Source: a virus | Strand: one strand, 5' to 3' | Length of the DNA: 64,000 nucleotides | UHGV virus genome: UHGV-0209088 | Part shown: positions 8,899-17,829 of the stretch, in pieces | Layout of the letters: each line of letters starts with the position of its first letter | How positions within the stretch are numbered: the stretch's first letter is position 1 | Translations under genes and position numbers: made by a program | Notes under the pieces: model-generated | The model's database searches: none | What the model was told of the DNA's origin: nothing | Seen by the model: the letters and a program-made list of their open reading frames with translations, nothing else

Positions 8899-10188
8899 TC
8901 AGGCCGCTAACTTTACCGGCTCGCCGCTCCCGTTCAGAACGGCATCCAGCCACGCTGACCACTTATCCATGGCCGCTCGCTTCTCAGGCATATAATCCGC
9001 GCGGTCATAGTGCTTGCTGCCCGTGTCGTTCTGGGCGTGCTGCTGGATCAGGTCGCGGGTGAAGCGGTCGATACCGGCGTCCTTGGCCCGGGACTTCCAC
9101 GTCCGGCGCAGGTCGCGCGGCGTGAACGGTTCCATGCCCTCAATGACCGGATTGTAGCCATCCCCGCCGAAGGCCCGGCGAACGGCGTGGGAGACGCTGA
9201 CAGCCCCGAGGATTTCATCGGCGCTGTCCGAGCGGGCAGGGAAGAGGTATCCTTCGCCGTACTTGTCCTTCAGGCGCTTCAGGTCAGGGATGATGACATC
9301 GGGTAACGGAATATCGTGGGGGTACATCCGCCCTTTGGTCTTCTCTTTCGGCATCATCCAGAGCTTGGCGTCGAGGTCGATCTCGTGGCCTTCGATCCGC
9401 AGCGTCTCCTGCACGCGTTGTCCACAGGCAATCAGCATGCGCAATAGTATTTCAGTTCCTTCGCTGAAACCGAAGTTCCCATCCTGACAGCCGAACCAGA
9501 CCGTCTTGATCTCTTCGGCGCTCAGGTTCCGGTCGCGCAGGGTGCGGGCACCCGAATCCTTCGCCACGGCGGCGGCTGGATTCGTGGTCACGCCCCAGTC
9601 CTTACGCTCCTTGACCGTATAGTCATTGGCGGAGGTGATGGCCCATTCGAAGGTCGCCCGCAGGTAACTGCGCGCCTTGTCGGCTGCGCCGCGATTCCCG
9701 TCCTGGTAGTGCTTCGACACGAACTTGATGATGTCGTCAGGGGTGACCGTGGAGGGTGCCCGGTCGCGGCCAATGACATCGGCGGCGTTGTGTTTTGCCT
9801 TCAGGAGCACCCGCTCGACCTCGCTGGTCATGGCGATGTTCTTCGACTTCATGAAGGCGACCCGGGCCTCAAACATGGCCTCTAACGTAATTTCGTTTTT
9901 AACCTTCTCCTTGACCCGTTCACCCGCTGGATCGCCGCCCGCAGCGACCGCCAGAAAGACATCGCGGGCGAGGGAGCGCGCCTTATCCGGGGTGGTGTCC
10001 GAGACCCGGCAGAGGTTCATCTTCCGCTGCTTGCCGTCAGACTTGCGGCGGTACCGGACAACATATGTTTTCCGACCGCTCGACTGGATACGGACGCCGA
10101 ATCCCTGCAGCTCGCTGTCCCAGAGCCACGCATCGCCGGAGGCAGGTGCAACAAGGTTATCAATCGCAGTTTTTGTGATTTTCGGCAT
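8899..10188 (-). CDS. int: tyrosine integrase, P4-type, with an N-terminal DUF4102-like arm-binding domain
   Basis: N-terminus MPKITKTAIDNLVAPASGDAWLWDSELQGFGVRIQSSGRKTYVVRYR; catalytic-domain length and R...HxxR...Y layout. Start taken at the internal ATG with an AAGAGGG Shine-Dalgarno (+/-1 nt). Confidence 0.85.
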   Translation of the reverse strand: MPKITKTAIDNLVAPASGDAWLWDSELQGFGVRIQSSGRKTYVVRYRRKSDGKQRKMNLCRVSDTTPDKARSLARDVFLAVAAGGDPAGERVKEKVKNEITLEAMFEARVAFMKSKNIAMTSEVERVLLKAKHNAADVIGRDRAPSTVTPDDIIKFVSKHYQDGNRGAADKARSYLRATFEWAITSANDYTVKERKDWGVTTNPAAAVAKDSGARTLRDRNLSAEEIKTVWFGCQDGNFGFSEGTEILLRMLIACGQRVQETLRIEGHEIDLDAKLWMMPKEKTKGRMYPHDIPLPDVIIPDLKRLKDKYGEGYLFPARSDSADEILGAVSVSHAVRRAFGGDGYNPVIEGMEPFTPRDLRRTWKSRAKDAGIDRFTRDLIQQHAQNDTGSKHYDRADYMPEKRAAMDKWSAWLDAVLNGSGEPVKLAA

Positions 10189-10248
10189 AAAACCCTCTTT
10201 ACATTTTCGCTCTTCCGATCCTTCGACCGGGTGGATTTCCCCGCGATT

Positions 10249-10268
10249 TAGGGCGCAGCTAGGGCGCA
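10249..10268 (+). promoter_or_regulatory. TAGGGCGCA-gc-TAGGGCGCA direct repeat (11-bp register)
   Basis: Exact 9-mer repeated twice, 60 nt upstream of int. Confidence 0.5.
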
Positions 10269-10387
10269 AAATCCCGGGGTGTTGAGCGTTTTTAGAGGAA
10301 AGGCCGTGAATGGGTCAGAGTGTTAAACCATTGAAATCACGTCCAAAAAAGATTTCGCGTGACTTCCCGGTAAAGCGTGGTTTAAGA

Positions 10388-10431
10388 CTTCCAAGCTGAA
10401 TACGGGGGTTCGATTCCCCTCACCCGCTCCA
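10388..10431 (+). other. attP-like core: 44-nt 3' half of a tRNA-Gly(UCC) gene (anticodon loop to CCA) with no 5' half
   Basis: CTTCCAAGCTGAATACGGGGGTTCGATTCCCCTCACCCGCTCCA has the T-arm GGGGG/TTCGATT/CCCCT, acceptor 3' strand plus CCA, and the anticodon loop CUUCCAA (UCC). Very close to E. coli glyT. No complementary 5' acceptor strand (GCGGGTG) lies upstream. Confidence 0.6.
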
Positions 10432-10522
10432 CTTTTTCCTTCAAAAAACACCAACAATCACAGGCACTAACCTGGATCGGCCCGCCCGGTCAACCGCTAC
10501 GTTTGCGCCCTGAATTTTGAGT

Positions 10523-10542
10523 TAGGGCGCAGGTAGGGCGCA
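10523..10542 (+). promoter_or_regulatory. TAGGGCGCA-gg-TAGGGCGCA direct repeat
   Basis: Exact 9-mers; a single extra copy at 10568-10576 and an inverted partial copy at 10504-10512. Confidence 0.5.
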
Positions 10543-10645
10543 AGAAACGACGGGAAGTCCCGTGATTTAGGGCGCAGGCCCGAGAAGAGCCGCGCTTCCG
10601 GGTTCTTCGCGTTCCAGATAGCCTGTAAGGGGAAGTGTAACTCTG

Positions 10646-10663
10646 TTACTCAAATTTGAGCAA
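10646..10663 (-). promoter_or_regulatory. palindrome TTACTCA-AATT-TGAGCAA (family TTRCTCA-N4-TGAGYAA)
   Basis: 18-bp inverted repeat; the minus strand reads TTGCTC-N17-TTACAC, promoter-like, pointing toward att/int. Confidence 0.45.
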
Positions 10664-10711
10664 GTGCTTTTTAAGGGGGCGCGGATCCCTGCGCCCTGCG
10701 GGTTCGATATG

Positions 10712-10743
10712 TGCGCCCTAAAGTGCGCCCTAACTGCGCCCTA
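10712..10743 (-). promoter_or_regulatory. three tandem TGCGCCCTA copies (minus-orientation TAGGGCGCA) at 11-bp spacing
   Basis: 10712-20, 10724-32, 10735-43; the last copy overlaps the TAG stop of the minus-strand gene ending at 10741. Confidence 0.5.
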
Positions 10744-11499
10744 AATCAGTTTGTCGGACTCGGGCGGTGGGTTGGTGCGGGTGAACTCGCGTACCTTGGA
10801 GGCGAACCGCTCAGCTTCGGAGGCCATACCCTCCAGCCCTCGCCAGGTGCCAAGCGCGCCGGTGTGTTGGATGAAGCGAACGGCATCGGCAATCTCTTTG
10901 ATCGCGCCGTAGCCATTCAGGGACAGTCCTGTCTCGCGCTCAAACTCCGCCAGCTTTTCGAGGGCTTCGCTGGACTTGCGGGTGCGCATTTCCACCTCCC
11001 GCTCGACGCGTGCGCTGTACTGCTCATCCAGCTTCTGCCGCTCCCGCTCGACCGCCGCTCGCACCTCATCCTCATCCACGCCGCCAGCGCGGCGCATCAT
11101 CGCGGCCATAAACGCTCTGGTTGTAGGGATGGCATCGAGTTTCGGAGCCGCAACGATCTGGCGGATGCCTCCCGGCGTCACGTCATAATGGCCCCATGTC
11201 GGCGGCAGTTCGCCCGGCTTGATGATGTCCTTCGGTGCCACAATCCACCAACGGTCGCAGTATTGTTGCACCGGTGAGGACTTCGCCGGGTCTTTGAGTT
11301 CGCGCAGCCAGTCCGACCGGCTGACCTTGATTTCGAAACCATGTATCTCCAGCCCGCGCGACGGGTACATGTTCATGGCCACCGCGTCAGCCCAGCGGCG
11401 TTGGGCGGATCCGGTACCGTCGCCAACCTCGAAAAAGATGGCCCATTCAGGGGAGCAGAAGCACGCCCGGAGCAGCGATTTGACCTCGGGCGTTCTCAT
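10741..11499 (-). CDS. MmcB-like PD-(D/E)XK DNA-repair nuclease family protein
   Basis: N-terminus FFEVGDGTG...RRWADAVAMNMYPSRGLEIHGFEIKVSRSDW matches the D...E.K nuclease-core pattern of MmcB-like proteins; coiled-coil C-terminus. Confidence 0.45.
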   Translation of the reverse strand: MRTPEVKSLLRACFCSPEWAIFFEVGDGTGSAQRRWADAVAMNMYPSRGLEIHGFEIKVSRSDWLRELKDPAKSSPVQQYCDRWWIVAPKDIIKPGELPPTWGHYDVTPGGIRQIVAAPKLDAIPTTRAFMAAMMRRAGGVDEDEVRAAVERERQKLDEQYSARVEREVEMRTRKSSEALEKLAEFERETGLSLNGYGAIKEIADAVRFIQHTGALGTWRGLEGMASEAERFASKVREFTRTNPPPESDKLI

Positions 11500-11690
11500 G
11501 ATGATGCCCTCGGCAGCTTCTGCTCAATGAACGCCATCCCGGGAGCCGGGATAACCCGAAGCCGTCCGTCGCCGCTCAGACCCTCAGCCATCTTAATCAG
11601 GATCTGCATGTGCTCCGGGGGGAGCACCACCTGCTTAACCTCGCCGTCGATCTCTGCGTAGATGACGACGCGGCCAATCTCTCCGCTCAT
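11496..11690 (-). CDS. hypothetical protein (64 aa)
   Basis: ORF with start/stop overlap to its neighbours in the leftward operon. Confidence 0.25.
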   Translation of the reverse strand: MSGEIGRVVIYAEIDGEVKQVVLPPEHMQILIKMAEGLSGDGRLRVIPAPGMAFIEQKLPRASS

Positions 11691-11732
11691 AAATTTCCTT
11701 AGCCACTGGTAGGGTGGCGTGTAATTGAATAA

Positions 11733-11963
11733 CTATTTCCGCGCTGCCTGAACTTCGAAGGTGCGCAGCCTGAGCACTTCGGCCTCGAGCGCTTTGATTC
11801 GCGCCTGGGCCTTCTGCATTTCCGTTTTCGGGCGGCGCTGGATTGCCCGCGGGTCGCGGTGGATGATCCCCAGCACCTGCCCTTTGGTGAGCTTGTACTT
11901 GCGGGCCAGCTGCCCGCTCGTGAGCTCTGTGGTGTTCCATTCCCACACGATCTCGTCACGCAT
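11733..11963 (-). CDS. small HTH DNA-binding protein (76 aa)
   Basis: TSGQLARKYKLTKGQVLGIIHR helix-turn-helix-like segment. Confidence 0.3.
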   Translation of the reverse strand: MRDEIVWEWNTTELTSGQLARKYKLTKGQVLGIIHRDPRAIQRRPKTEMQKAQARIKALEAEVLRLRTFEVQAARK

Positions 11964-13060
11964 CAGATGACCACCGTCACCCGCTCGGCGGCTCGCGTTA
12001 CCGCCGTATAGAGCCAGCGCTGCGCGTCCTCGCGGAACGTCCGGCTCTCATCGAACACCATTACATTGTTCCACTGGCTGCCCTGCGACTTATGCACGGT
12101 CAGGGCGTAGCCGTAGTCGAACTCCTGAAAGCCGCGGCGGTCGTTCCATTTCAGCTTGTCCTCAACGCCGAGGAAGAACTCTTCCCGCACGTCCACATCC
12201 ACCGGCTTCGTCACCATAGGATCGTCGTCGGTCATCACCGGCAGGCTGACGATCCCCTTTTCGTCGGGGAACGCGGCGCGGGTCGCCGTCCAGATGCCGC
12301 CATTCAGCAGCTGCTTCTCCTTGTCGTTCTTCAGGCAGACGAGGCGGTCACCTTCCACCGGGTAGGGCGTGTCAAATCCCTTCAGGCGCCGGATCTTGTC
12401 ATTGAACGTGCGACGCGTGCGGTTCAGGCCAATCAGTACCTGGTCGGCGGCCAGTACCGCCTTCTGCCCGACGCGGTCGCGGCTGATGACCTTGCTGTCG
12501 CCGTACATCCCGACCTGAAGCCGCTTACCCTCGCGGATCTCCATGCTCATCCGGATGATGGGGTTATCCGCTGCCTGACGGTGGATCTCGGTCAGCATCG
12601 CGTCCGGCTTCTGTGAGGTGAAGAACCCGGTACCGCTCACTGGCGGCAGCTGGGCCGGGTCGCCAAGAACCAGCACCTTGGTGCCGAAGGAGAGCAGGTC
12701 TGTTCCCAGCTCTTCGTCCACCATCGAGCATTCATCAATGATGATCAGGCCCGCCGTGGCTACGTTGCTGTCGGGGTTGAGCACGAAAGTCGGCTGCGGG
12801 CCGTCGTCCTCGACCTTGTAAATCATGCTGTGAATGGTCGACGCGCCTTGGCATCCCTTATTCCTGAGCACCAGGCTGGCCTTGCCGGTGAATGCGCCGA
12901 ACAGGACGCGCCCCTTAACCTCATCGCGGATGGCCTGAGCGATAGTGGTCTTGCCGGTACCGGCATAACCAAACAGGCGAAAAACCTGCGGGCCTGACTT
13001 GCTTCTATGCCAATCGTTGACAGCCTTAATTGCCGCTGACTGTTGCGGGCTCCAGCTCAT
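11963..13060 (-). CDS. RecD/Dda-like SF1 DNA helicase (AAA_30 / UvrD_C_2 type)
   Basis: Walker A GYAGTGKT, IIDECSM, GDPAQLPPV, YALTVHKSQGSQW, LYTAVTRA motifs in the canonical order. Confidence 0.7.
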   Translation of the reverse strand: MSWSPQQSAAIKAVNDWHRSKSGPQVFRLFGYAGTGKTTIAQAIRDEVKGRVLFGAFTGKASLVLRNKGCQGASTIHSMIYKVEDDGPQPTFVLNPDSNVATAGLIIIDECSMVDEELGTDLLSFGTKVLVLGDPAQLPPVSGTGFFTSQKPDAMLTEIHRQAADNPIIRMSMEIREGKRLQVGMYGDSKVISRDRVGQKAVLAADQVLIGLNRTRRTFNDKIRRLKGFDTPYPVEGDRLVCLKNDKEKQLLNGGIWTATRAAFPDEKGIVSLPVMTDDDPMVTKPVDVDVREEFFLGVEDKLKWNDRRGFQEFDYGYALTVHKSQGSQWNNVMVFDESRTFREDAQRWLYTAVTRAAERVTVVI

Positions 13061-13115
13061 AACCTTTCCTCAATCAGATAAAGAAATGGCGGGGTCTGGC
13101 CCCGCCTTTTTGCGT

Positions 13116-13394
13116 TTAGGCCACTGCGTCTTTCAGAGCCTTCGCCGCCTTGAACTTCACGGCGCGCTTCGCTTCGATCTGCACTTCTTCACCAGTCTTC
13201 GGGTTGCGACCGGTGCGGGCGGCGCGGAATGTCAGTTCCAGCTTGCCGACTCCGGGGATCAGCGCTTCGCCGTTTTCCAGAATGGATTCCGAGGTGATGT
13301 CCGCCAGGCGAGCGAGGACGTTTTCAGTCTGGGCGACACCCATGCCGGTTTTGGTAGAGAGGGTTTTGATCAGTTCTGCTTTAGTCATTTTCAA
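13116..13394 (-). CDS. HU/IHF-family DNA-binding protein
   Basis: 92 aa; MTKAELIKTLSTKTGMGVAQ...RAARTGRNPKTGEEVQIEAKRAVKFKAAKALKDAV is the HU signature. Confidence 0.8.
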   Translation of the reverse strand: MKMTKAELIKTLSTKTGMGVAQTENVLARLADITSESILENGEALIPGVGKLELTFRAARTGRNPKTGEEVQIEAKRAVKFKAAKALKDAVA

Positions 13395-13395
13395 A

Positions 13396-13638
13396 TTACC
13401 TTGCGGCGTTGCCGCGATATTGGCTTGTGCTGTTGACAGTGTTCAGGTTCTCCCACTCGATCAGTTTGTTGAGTGGGTACATGATACTGCCTCCGATCTT
13501 GGTAAAAGCCGGGCCATTACCCTGGCTTCTCCAGTTTGCCAGCGTCCTGGCGCTGATGTTGCCGTCGTAACGGGCCACTACATCAGCAGGCGTCAGGAAC
13601 TGCTTGGCGGGTTGCTGCTTCTTTGCTTCGACATCCAT
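13396..13638 (-). CDS. AlpA/Vis-family HTH protein (excisionase or regulator candidate)
   Basis: LTPADVVARYDGNISARTLANWRSQGNGPAFTKIGGSIMYPLNKLIEWE matches the Phage_AlpA pattern. Confidence 0.5.
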   Translation of the reverse strand: MDVEAKKQQPAKQFLTPADVVARYDGNISARTLANWRSQGNGPAFTKIGGSIMYPLNKLIEWENLNTVNSTSQYRGNAAR

Positions 13639-13654
13639 GTCGTTTTTCTATCCC

Positions 13655-14764
13655 TTAGAAGACATCATCAGGCTCGCCGGTTTGCGGTGCTGCGGCGTCA
13701 TCCGCTGTTTGCTCCGCGTCGGCTGATGGGGAATTTGCGGGATTTTCCGGGGTCGGCTCTTCCACGGTATTGCTGTTCTCTTCCACGGAATTGCTCTCTT
13801 CCTCGGCACCGGCCTCCGGCGTGGCTTCACGCGGGTCAGGCTGCGGTTCCGGCTTCGGCTTCGTCTGCCGGGCAGGGGTCGCCTTCTTCGCCTGCTGCTG
13901 GCGCTGCTGCGCGCCTTCATGAGACGCCAGTGTCAGTGCTTCGGCAGTGGCGACATTGGCCTCTGTCTCCACCTCACCGAAGTAATCAGCGATCTTTGCG
14001 CCATCCTTAATGGCGTTGAAAATGCCGGTCAGGTCGGCAATCTCGTCGGTGTTCACCGTGTCGAGTCCGTGACCGAGGAACCCTTCGAGGTGCTTGGTGG
14101 TCACGCCGAACTTGGCGAACACCTGCGTCATCTTGCGGACACGCTCGGCTACCGGGATCTCGCTATTGCCAGCCAACGTTTCGCGGCATGCAGCGATCGC
14201 AGCCTCAGATAACCACTTCGGCACCAGCGCCAGGATGCGGCCACGCACCTGCTTGGACGCAACGTTCGCGATCTTGTCGTCAATGTCCTTCTGGTCGCGC
14301 AGCTTGCGCGGGCCTTCTTTGGTGTCCAGAACGTGCATGACGGTGATCTGGCGCTTGGAGTAGTTGTTCTTCTCCATGTCCCACGCGTACACCTCGACCT
14401 CTGACTTTTTATCGTCGCGGGACAGCTCGCGGTGGCCGTACTGGAAGTTGCCGTAGACGCGGGCGATCTCTTCAGCCAGGCGAATGCTGGGGCCAGTCAC
14501 GGAGCTTTTGCCGCGTGGCAGCGTGTAGAACGCAACCGCCGCCAGCGCTGGCAGCCTGCAGGCTTCCATCAGCTCTGCAAAGGCAGCGTTCAGGTCGCGA
14601 GGGAAGCGCTTCGCCAGCATGAGCTGGCCTTGTGCTTCTGCGATGGCGCGCTGCTGCTCAATGGATACGGAACCAGCGTTGACCGGCGAGGGCATCGAAC
14701 CCTGCTGAAATTGATGGAAAGGGTGATCGCCGCCGTGAGTTTGTGAAACCAGTTCTTGAGACAT
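13655..14764 (-). CDS. putative single-strand annealing recombinase (RecT/ERF-like)
   Basis: 369 aa; sits between an SbcC-like ATPase and an HU gene, with a PD-(D/E)XK exonuclease upstream in the same operon; acidic, disordered C-terminus. Family assignment rests on context and size, not on a confirmed motif. Confidence 0.45.
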   Translation of the reverse strand: MSQELVSQTHGGDHPFHQFQQGSMPSPVNAGSVSIEQQRAIAEAQGQLMLAKRFPRDLNAAFAELMEACRLPALAAVAFYTLPRGKSSVTGPSIRLAEEIARVYGNFQYGHRELSRDDKKSEVEVYAWDMEKNNYSKRQITVMHVLDTKEGPRKLRDQKDIDDKIANVASKQVRGRILALVPKWLSEAAIAACRETLAGNSEIPVAERVRKMTQVFAKFGVTTKHLEGFLGHGLDTVNTDEIADLTGIFNAIKDGAKIADYFGEVETEANVATAEALTLASHEGAQQRQQQAKKATPARQTKPKPEPQPDPREATPEAGAEEESNSVEENSNTVEEPTPENPANSPSADAEQTADDAAAPQTGEPDDVF

Positions 14765-14829
14765 TCTGTATTTCTCCTTGCAGGGCGAAGACTTTCGCCC
14801 TTTCTTTATTCAAAAAAGATTATGCCTGT

Positions 14830-16161
14830 TTACTCTGCCGATTGCGATGTTTTTACTTGAAACTCATCGCCGGTTACTCGCGAAACGAACAATTGCAGGT
14901 TCGATTCCAGAGCTTGCTTGCGGAACTCTTCGAACGCGTTCGGATCCAGCAGCTCAATGCCGTCGACGCAGCACACGCCCAGAGCGCCGGCGCGCAGCTT
15001 CGCGATCTCGACAGCCACCCACACCTGCTGAGCAGTGTTGAGGCGGTCGAAATGAACGCCGTCGCGGTAAATCTCACCGTCCTTCACTTCCACGCCAGGG
15101 ATCGGCAGCGAGGCCAGCAGGTCGGCCTTGTACTGATCCAGATCGGCCAGCGCCTTCGTCTGGCGGGCTACGTCGGCATGAAGGTCGATCAGCTCCTTCT
15201 CCATCTGCTGGATGGTCTGCATGGCCTGCTCGCGCTTCGCGTGGGCGCTGCGGTTGGCCTTGATCGACTCCAGCGCGGTGTTGAGCGGCGCTACCGTGTC
15301 GGCGTGCTTCTGGATGGTTTTCTCGCGCTGCTGGCCTGCCAGGCCCTCAATGCGGCGCTCTTCGGTCTGGATGGCTTCAACGTCCGCGACGGCCTTCGCT
15401 TTGATTGCATCAATCTGGCGCTGCGCTTCGGCGCGGATTTCGTCAATCTTCTGCTGATTGGTTTTCTTGATGCCCGTCAACTTGGCGGCGATGCGATCCA
15501 GTTCGGCAGTCTTCTCTTCCTCAGCAGAGCGCACCTTCGCCTGCAGCTCGTCCTCGCTGCCTTCCACACCGCCTGGCGCTTCCGGCATTGCCAGCTTGAG
15601 CTGATTGATCGCGTTATCTTTCTCCTTCACGGCGCGGTTGGTGCCGGTGCGGTCGTCGTACACTTCTTTGTAAACGACTTCGATCACGGACAGCGCGTGA
15701 GTGCCGGGCTCGGCGGTGACCGGGATTCCAGTCATCCCCGCCAGCTTATCGAGGTCAGCTTCCAGCGGCATCGTCTCCAGCAGCACCTTCACGCGGTCCT
15801 GTTTACGGGCGCGCAGGAAGTCTATCGGGTTGATTGACAGCGCATCGGTGAGCTTTTTGATGGCCTCAGCCGGGCGCGAGGTCAGTTTCCCGTCGACGCG
15901 GACTTTGCTGGTGGACTTGTCGGCGGTGACTGTCTTCGACAGCTCGGTACCGTCGTCCAGCACCAGAACGGCTTCGCCCTTTTCAGCGCCTTTGCGCAGC
16001 AGGGTGGCATCGTGCCCGGTGGACAGTGCCGACTTGATCGCTTCCAGCACGCTGGTCTTGCCAGTGCCGTTCGGACCGGAAATTTCGTTGAATCCTTCCG
16101 GCGTAAACTCCAGTTCGGCAATGCCGAGAATATTGCTGATTTTGATCTGCGCGATACGCAT
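14830..16161 (-). CDS. SbcC/RecF/SMC-like AAA ATPase
   Basis: N-terminus MRIAQIKISNILGIAELEFTPEGFNEISGPNGTGKTSVLEAI (Walker A); long coiled-coil middle; D-loop/Walker B region near the C-terminus (LGVCCVDGIELLD). Confidence 0.55.
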   Translation of the reverse strand: MRIAQIKISNILGIAELEFTPEGFNEISGPNGTGKTSVLEAIKSALSTGHDATLLRKGAEKGEAVLVLDDGTELSKTVTADKSTSKVRVDGKLTSRPAEAIKKLTDALSINPIDFLRARKQDRVKVLLETMPLEADLDKLAGMTGIPVTAEPGTHALSVIEVVYKEVYDDRTGTNRAVKEKDNAINQLKLAMPEAPGGVEGSEDELQAKVRSAEEEKTAELDRIAAKLTGIKKTNQQKIDEIRAEAQRQIDAIKAKAVADVEAIQTEERRIEGLAGQQREKTIQKHADTVAPLNTALESIKANRSAHAKREQAMQTIQQMEKELIDLHADVARQTKALADLDQYKADLLASLPIPGVEVKDGEIYRDGVHFDRLNTAQQVWVAVEIAKLRAGALGVCCVDGIELLDPNAFEEFRKQALESNLQLFVSRVTGDEFQVKTSQSAE

Positions 16162-16187
16162 ACATGTTCCTTAGTTGATAGTTTTTG

Positions 16188-16547
16188 TCACTCAGCCGCG
16201 TCGCGGCCAATAAACTGGTTCAGCATGGCCTGTGCCTGCGGTGCCTTGCCCGCGGCTTCGCGCCAGTCTGGATCTTCCACGTCCTGAAGCAGGCAGAGGT
16301 CTTCCCAGAAGTTCACGATCTCTGCCCACTCCCGGGACAAGTGGCCGACGCGCGGCAGGCAGGAACGCAGCTCCGGCGCGGTCTCAAACATCAGGCGGCA
16401 GCGGCGCAGATCTTCCATCGTGCGCGGCAGGTCTTCGCCGTGGTCGCTCAGCGCGTTCTCACCCGTGCAGTAGGTGAAGATGGTCTCGGCGGCAGCGCAG
16501 CGCTCGCCGGTGCTGAGCCACAGCTCAGCGTTCGGTGAAAGGCTCAT
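16188..16547 (-). CDS. hypothetical protein (119 aa)
   Basis: ORF overlaps the exonuclease gene start by 4 nt. Confidence 0.3.
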   Translation of the reverse strand: MSLSPNAELWLSTGERCAAAETIFTYCTGENALSDHGEDLPRTMEDLRRCRLMFETAPELRSCLPRVGHLSREWAEIVNFWEDLCLLQDVEDPDWREAAGKAPQAQAMLNQFIGRDAAE

Positions 16548-17416
16548 AGTTTCATCCAGTTCGGCAATGGAAGTTTTCGGATCTGCTCGCCGTAGTCAGG
16601 CCAGTGGTTGGCGCGGCGGCACTCAACGATGCGCTTGTAGTCGCGCTCGGCAGCCACGCGACCGCGAGCAACGTCAAACTCATCAAGGTAATAGATGCCA
16701 AGGGCGTATGGCGGCTCTTTCTCAAAGCAGAGGAACGCCCAGTTCTCGTTCTGCCAGTCTCCCCCAGCGCGCAGCACGTCCTCATACCAGGCTTGCTGCA
16801 CCGGATAGCGATAGTTGGCGCAGGACTTCCCGAAACCTGCTTCGCTGGCGTCCTCCGTCGATTTGAGATCGACAATGTGAGAGCCGCGCACGCGGTAGTC
16901 GGTCTGACACTTGGTTAGTTCCTGGATGATCTCGCCGGTCTCGTGGTCGATGAGAACGCCGCCTTCACCGTCAGGCACATCCATCATGGCGAAGAACGAC
17001 TGCTCAGGGCGTCCGCCAGTCAGCAGGCCAGCAGCGACAGGGTGCGCCCAGATGGCATCAACGACACGGCGAACGTGGTCGATATTCTCCTGACTGAGGA
17101 TGATCTTGCCTGCGTGCTCCAGCTCATATTCGGCCCATGCCTGCTGGTTCGCCTTGCTGCGGCGGTCATGCGGCAGACCTTTGATCACGCGCATGTCCAT
17201 CGTTTCCGGCTCAAGAATAGCCGTGTGCATCGCCTGGCCAATAAGGAAGACCTGAGACTTCGGATCCTCTTCGTGGTCTGGGTTGATGTACTTCTCCCAG
17301 TAATGCTTTGGCGATTTGCGGGCGATTACATCCAAATGGCTTTTACTGATGCCCGGGGCAGCGTGGTACTGCTCGTTGGTCATATCGACCAGCCCGAGTG
17401 GAATCTCTGCGTTCAC
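16544..17416 (-). CDS. PD-(D/E)XK exonuclease (YqaJ/lambda-Exo/RecE-like)
   Basis: HIVDLKST...Q..Y motif arrangement; pairs with the annealing-protein gene in the same operon. Confidence 0.55.
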   Translation of the reverse strand: MNAEIPLGLVDMTNEQYHAAPGISKSHLDVIARKSPKHYWEKYINPDHEEDPKSQVFLIGQAMHTAILEPETMDMRVIKGLPHDRRSKANQQAWAEYELEHAGKIILSQENIDHVRRVVDAIWAHPVAAGLLTGGRPEQSFFAMMDVPDGEGGVLIDHETGEIIQELTKCQTDYRVRGSHIVDLKSTEDASEAGFGKSCANYRYPVQQAWYEDVLRAGGDWQNENWAFLCFEKEPPYALGIYYLDEFDVARGRVAAERDYKRIVECRRANHWPDYGEQIRKLPLPNWMKL

Positions 17417-17607
17417 ACGTTTTCCTCAAGTAATGGTGAAGGTGTGAGTAAATTGTATGCTCAAAAAAGAGTATCATGCAACTACATTTCATGATTTTTC
17501 CCTTTTACTACTTGGGAATCACGGAAACGCACTATTTGTACTTTGACGTTACTTGATCAAATAAGTTATGCTTTGTTCATTAATCTTTTTTGTAACCGAG
17601 GGAGTTT
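17417..17607. promoter_or_regulatory. divergent early control region between the leftward recombination operon and the rightward replication operon
   Basis: 190-bp AT-rich gap; TTGACG-N17-TTATGC sigma70-like promoter facing right; a TGAGTAA...TGCTCA half-site pair. Confidence 0.4.
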
Positions 17608-17829
17608 ATGAGCACGAATACCTTTGAGGCTGAGTTCAAGCGTCGCGTGGAAGACATTAAAGCGCGTGCGACCGCAGCCGGTACGAGCATTACCGCCTTA
17701 TGCCAGGCGACAGGCATTGCACGAGCGACCCCAGACCGCTGGGCACTACGCACCCCGAAGACCGTGAAACTGGTCGATGAGCTGGAAAGCGCACTGGCCG
17801 AAGTAGAACGGCAGGCGGGTCAGAAGTAG
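17608..17829 (+). CDS. small HTH regulator (Cro-like candidate)
   Basis: 73 aa; SITALCQATGIARATPDRWA helix-turn-helix; first gene of the rightward operon. Confidence 0.35.
   Translation: MSTNTFEAEFKRRVEDIKARATAAGTSITALCQATGIARATPDRWALRTPKTVKLVDELESALAEVERQAGQK

Noticed and set aside
10330-10431. Intact tRNA or tmRNA gene
   Set aside because: Only the 3' 44 nt (anticodon loop, T-arm, acceptor 3' strand, CCA) are tRNA-like. No 5' acceptor strand complementary to CACCCGC exists upstream and the anticodon stem does not pair. The E. coli ssrA 3' end does not match.
8899-10745. Prophage-host junction at the integrase/tRNA fragment
   Set aside because: Both sides carry phage genes and the element-specific TAGGGCGCA and TTRCTCA-N4-TGAGYAA motifs. 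No host-like genes follow the att core. It is interpreted as attP within the element instead.
14743-15837. 364-aa + strand ORF
   Set aside because: Entirely antisense to the SbcC-like ATPase gene (14830-16161). The product is Leu/Arg/Ala-rich low complexity, typical of a high-GC antisense frame.
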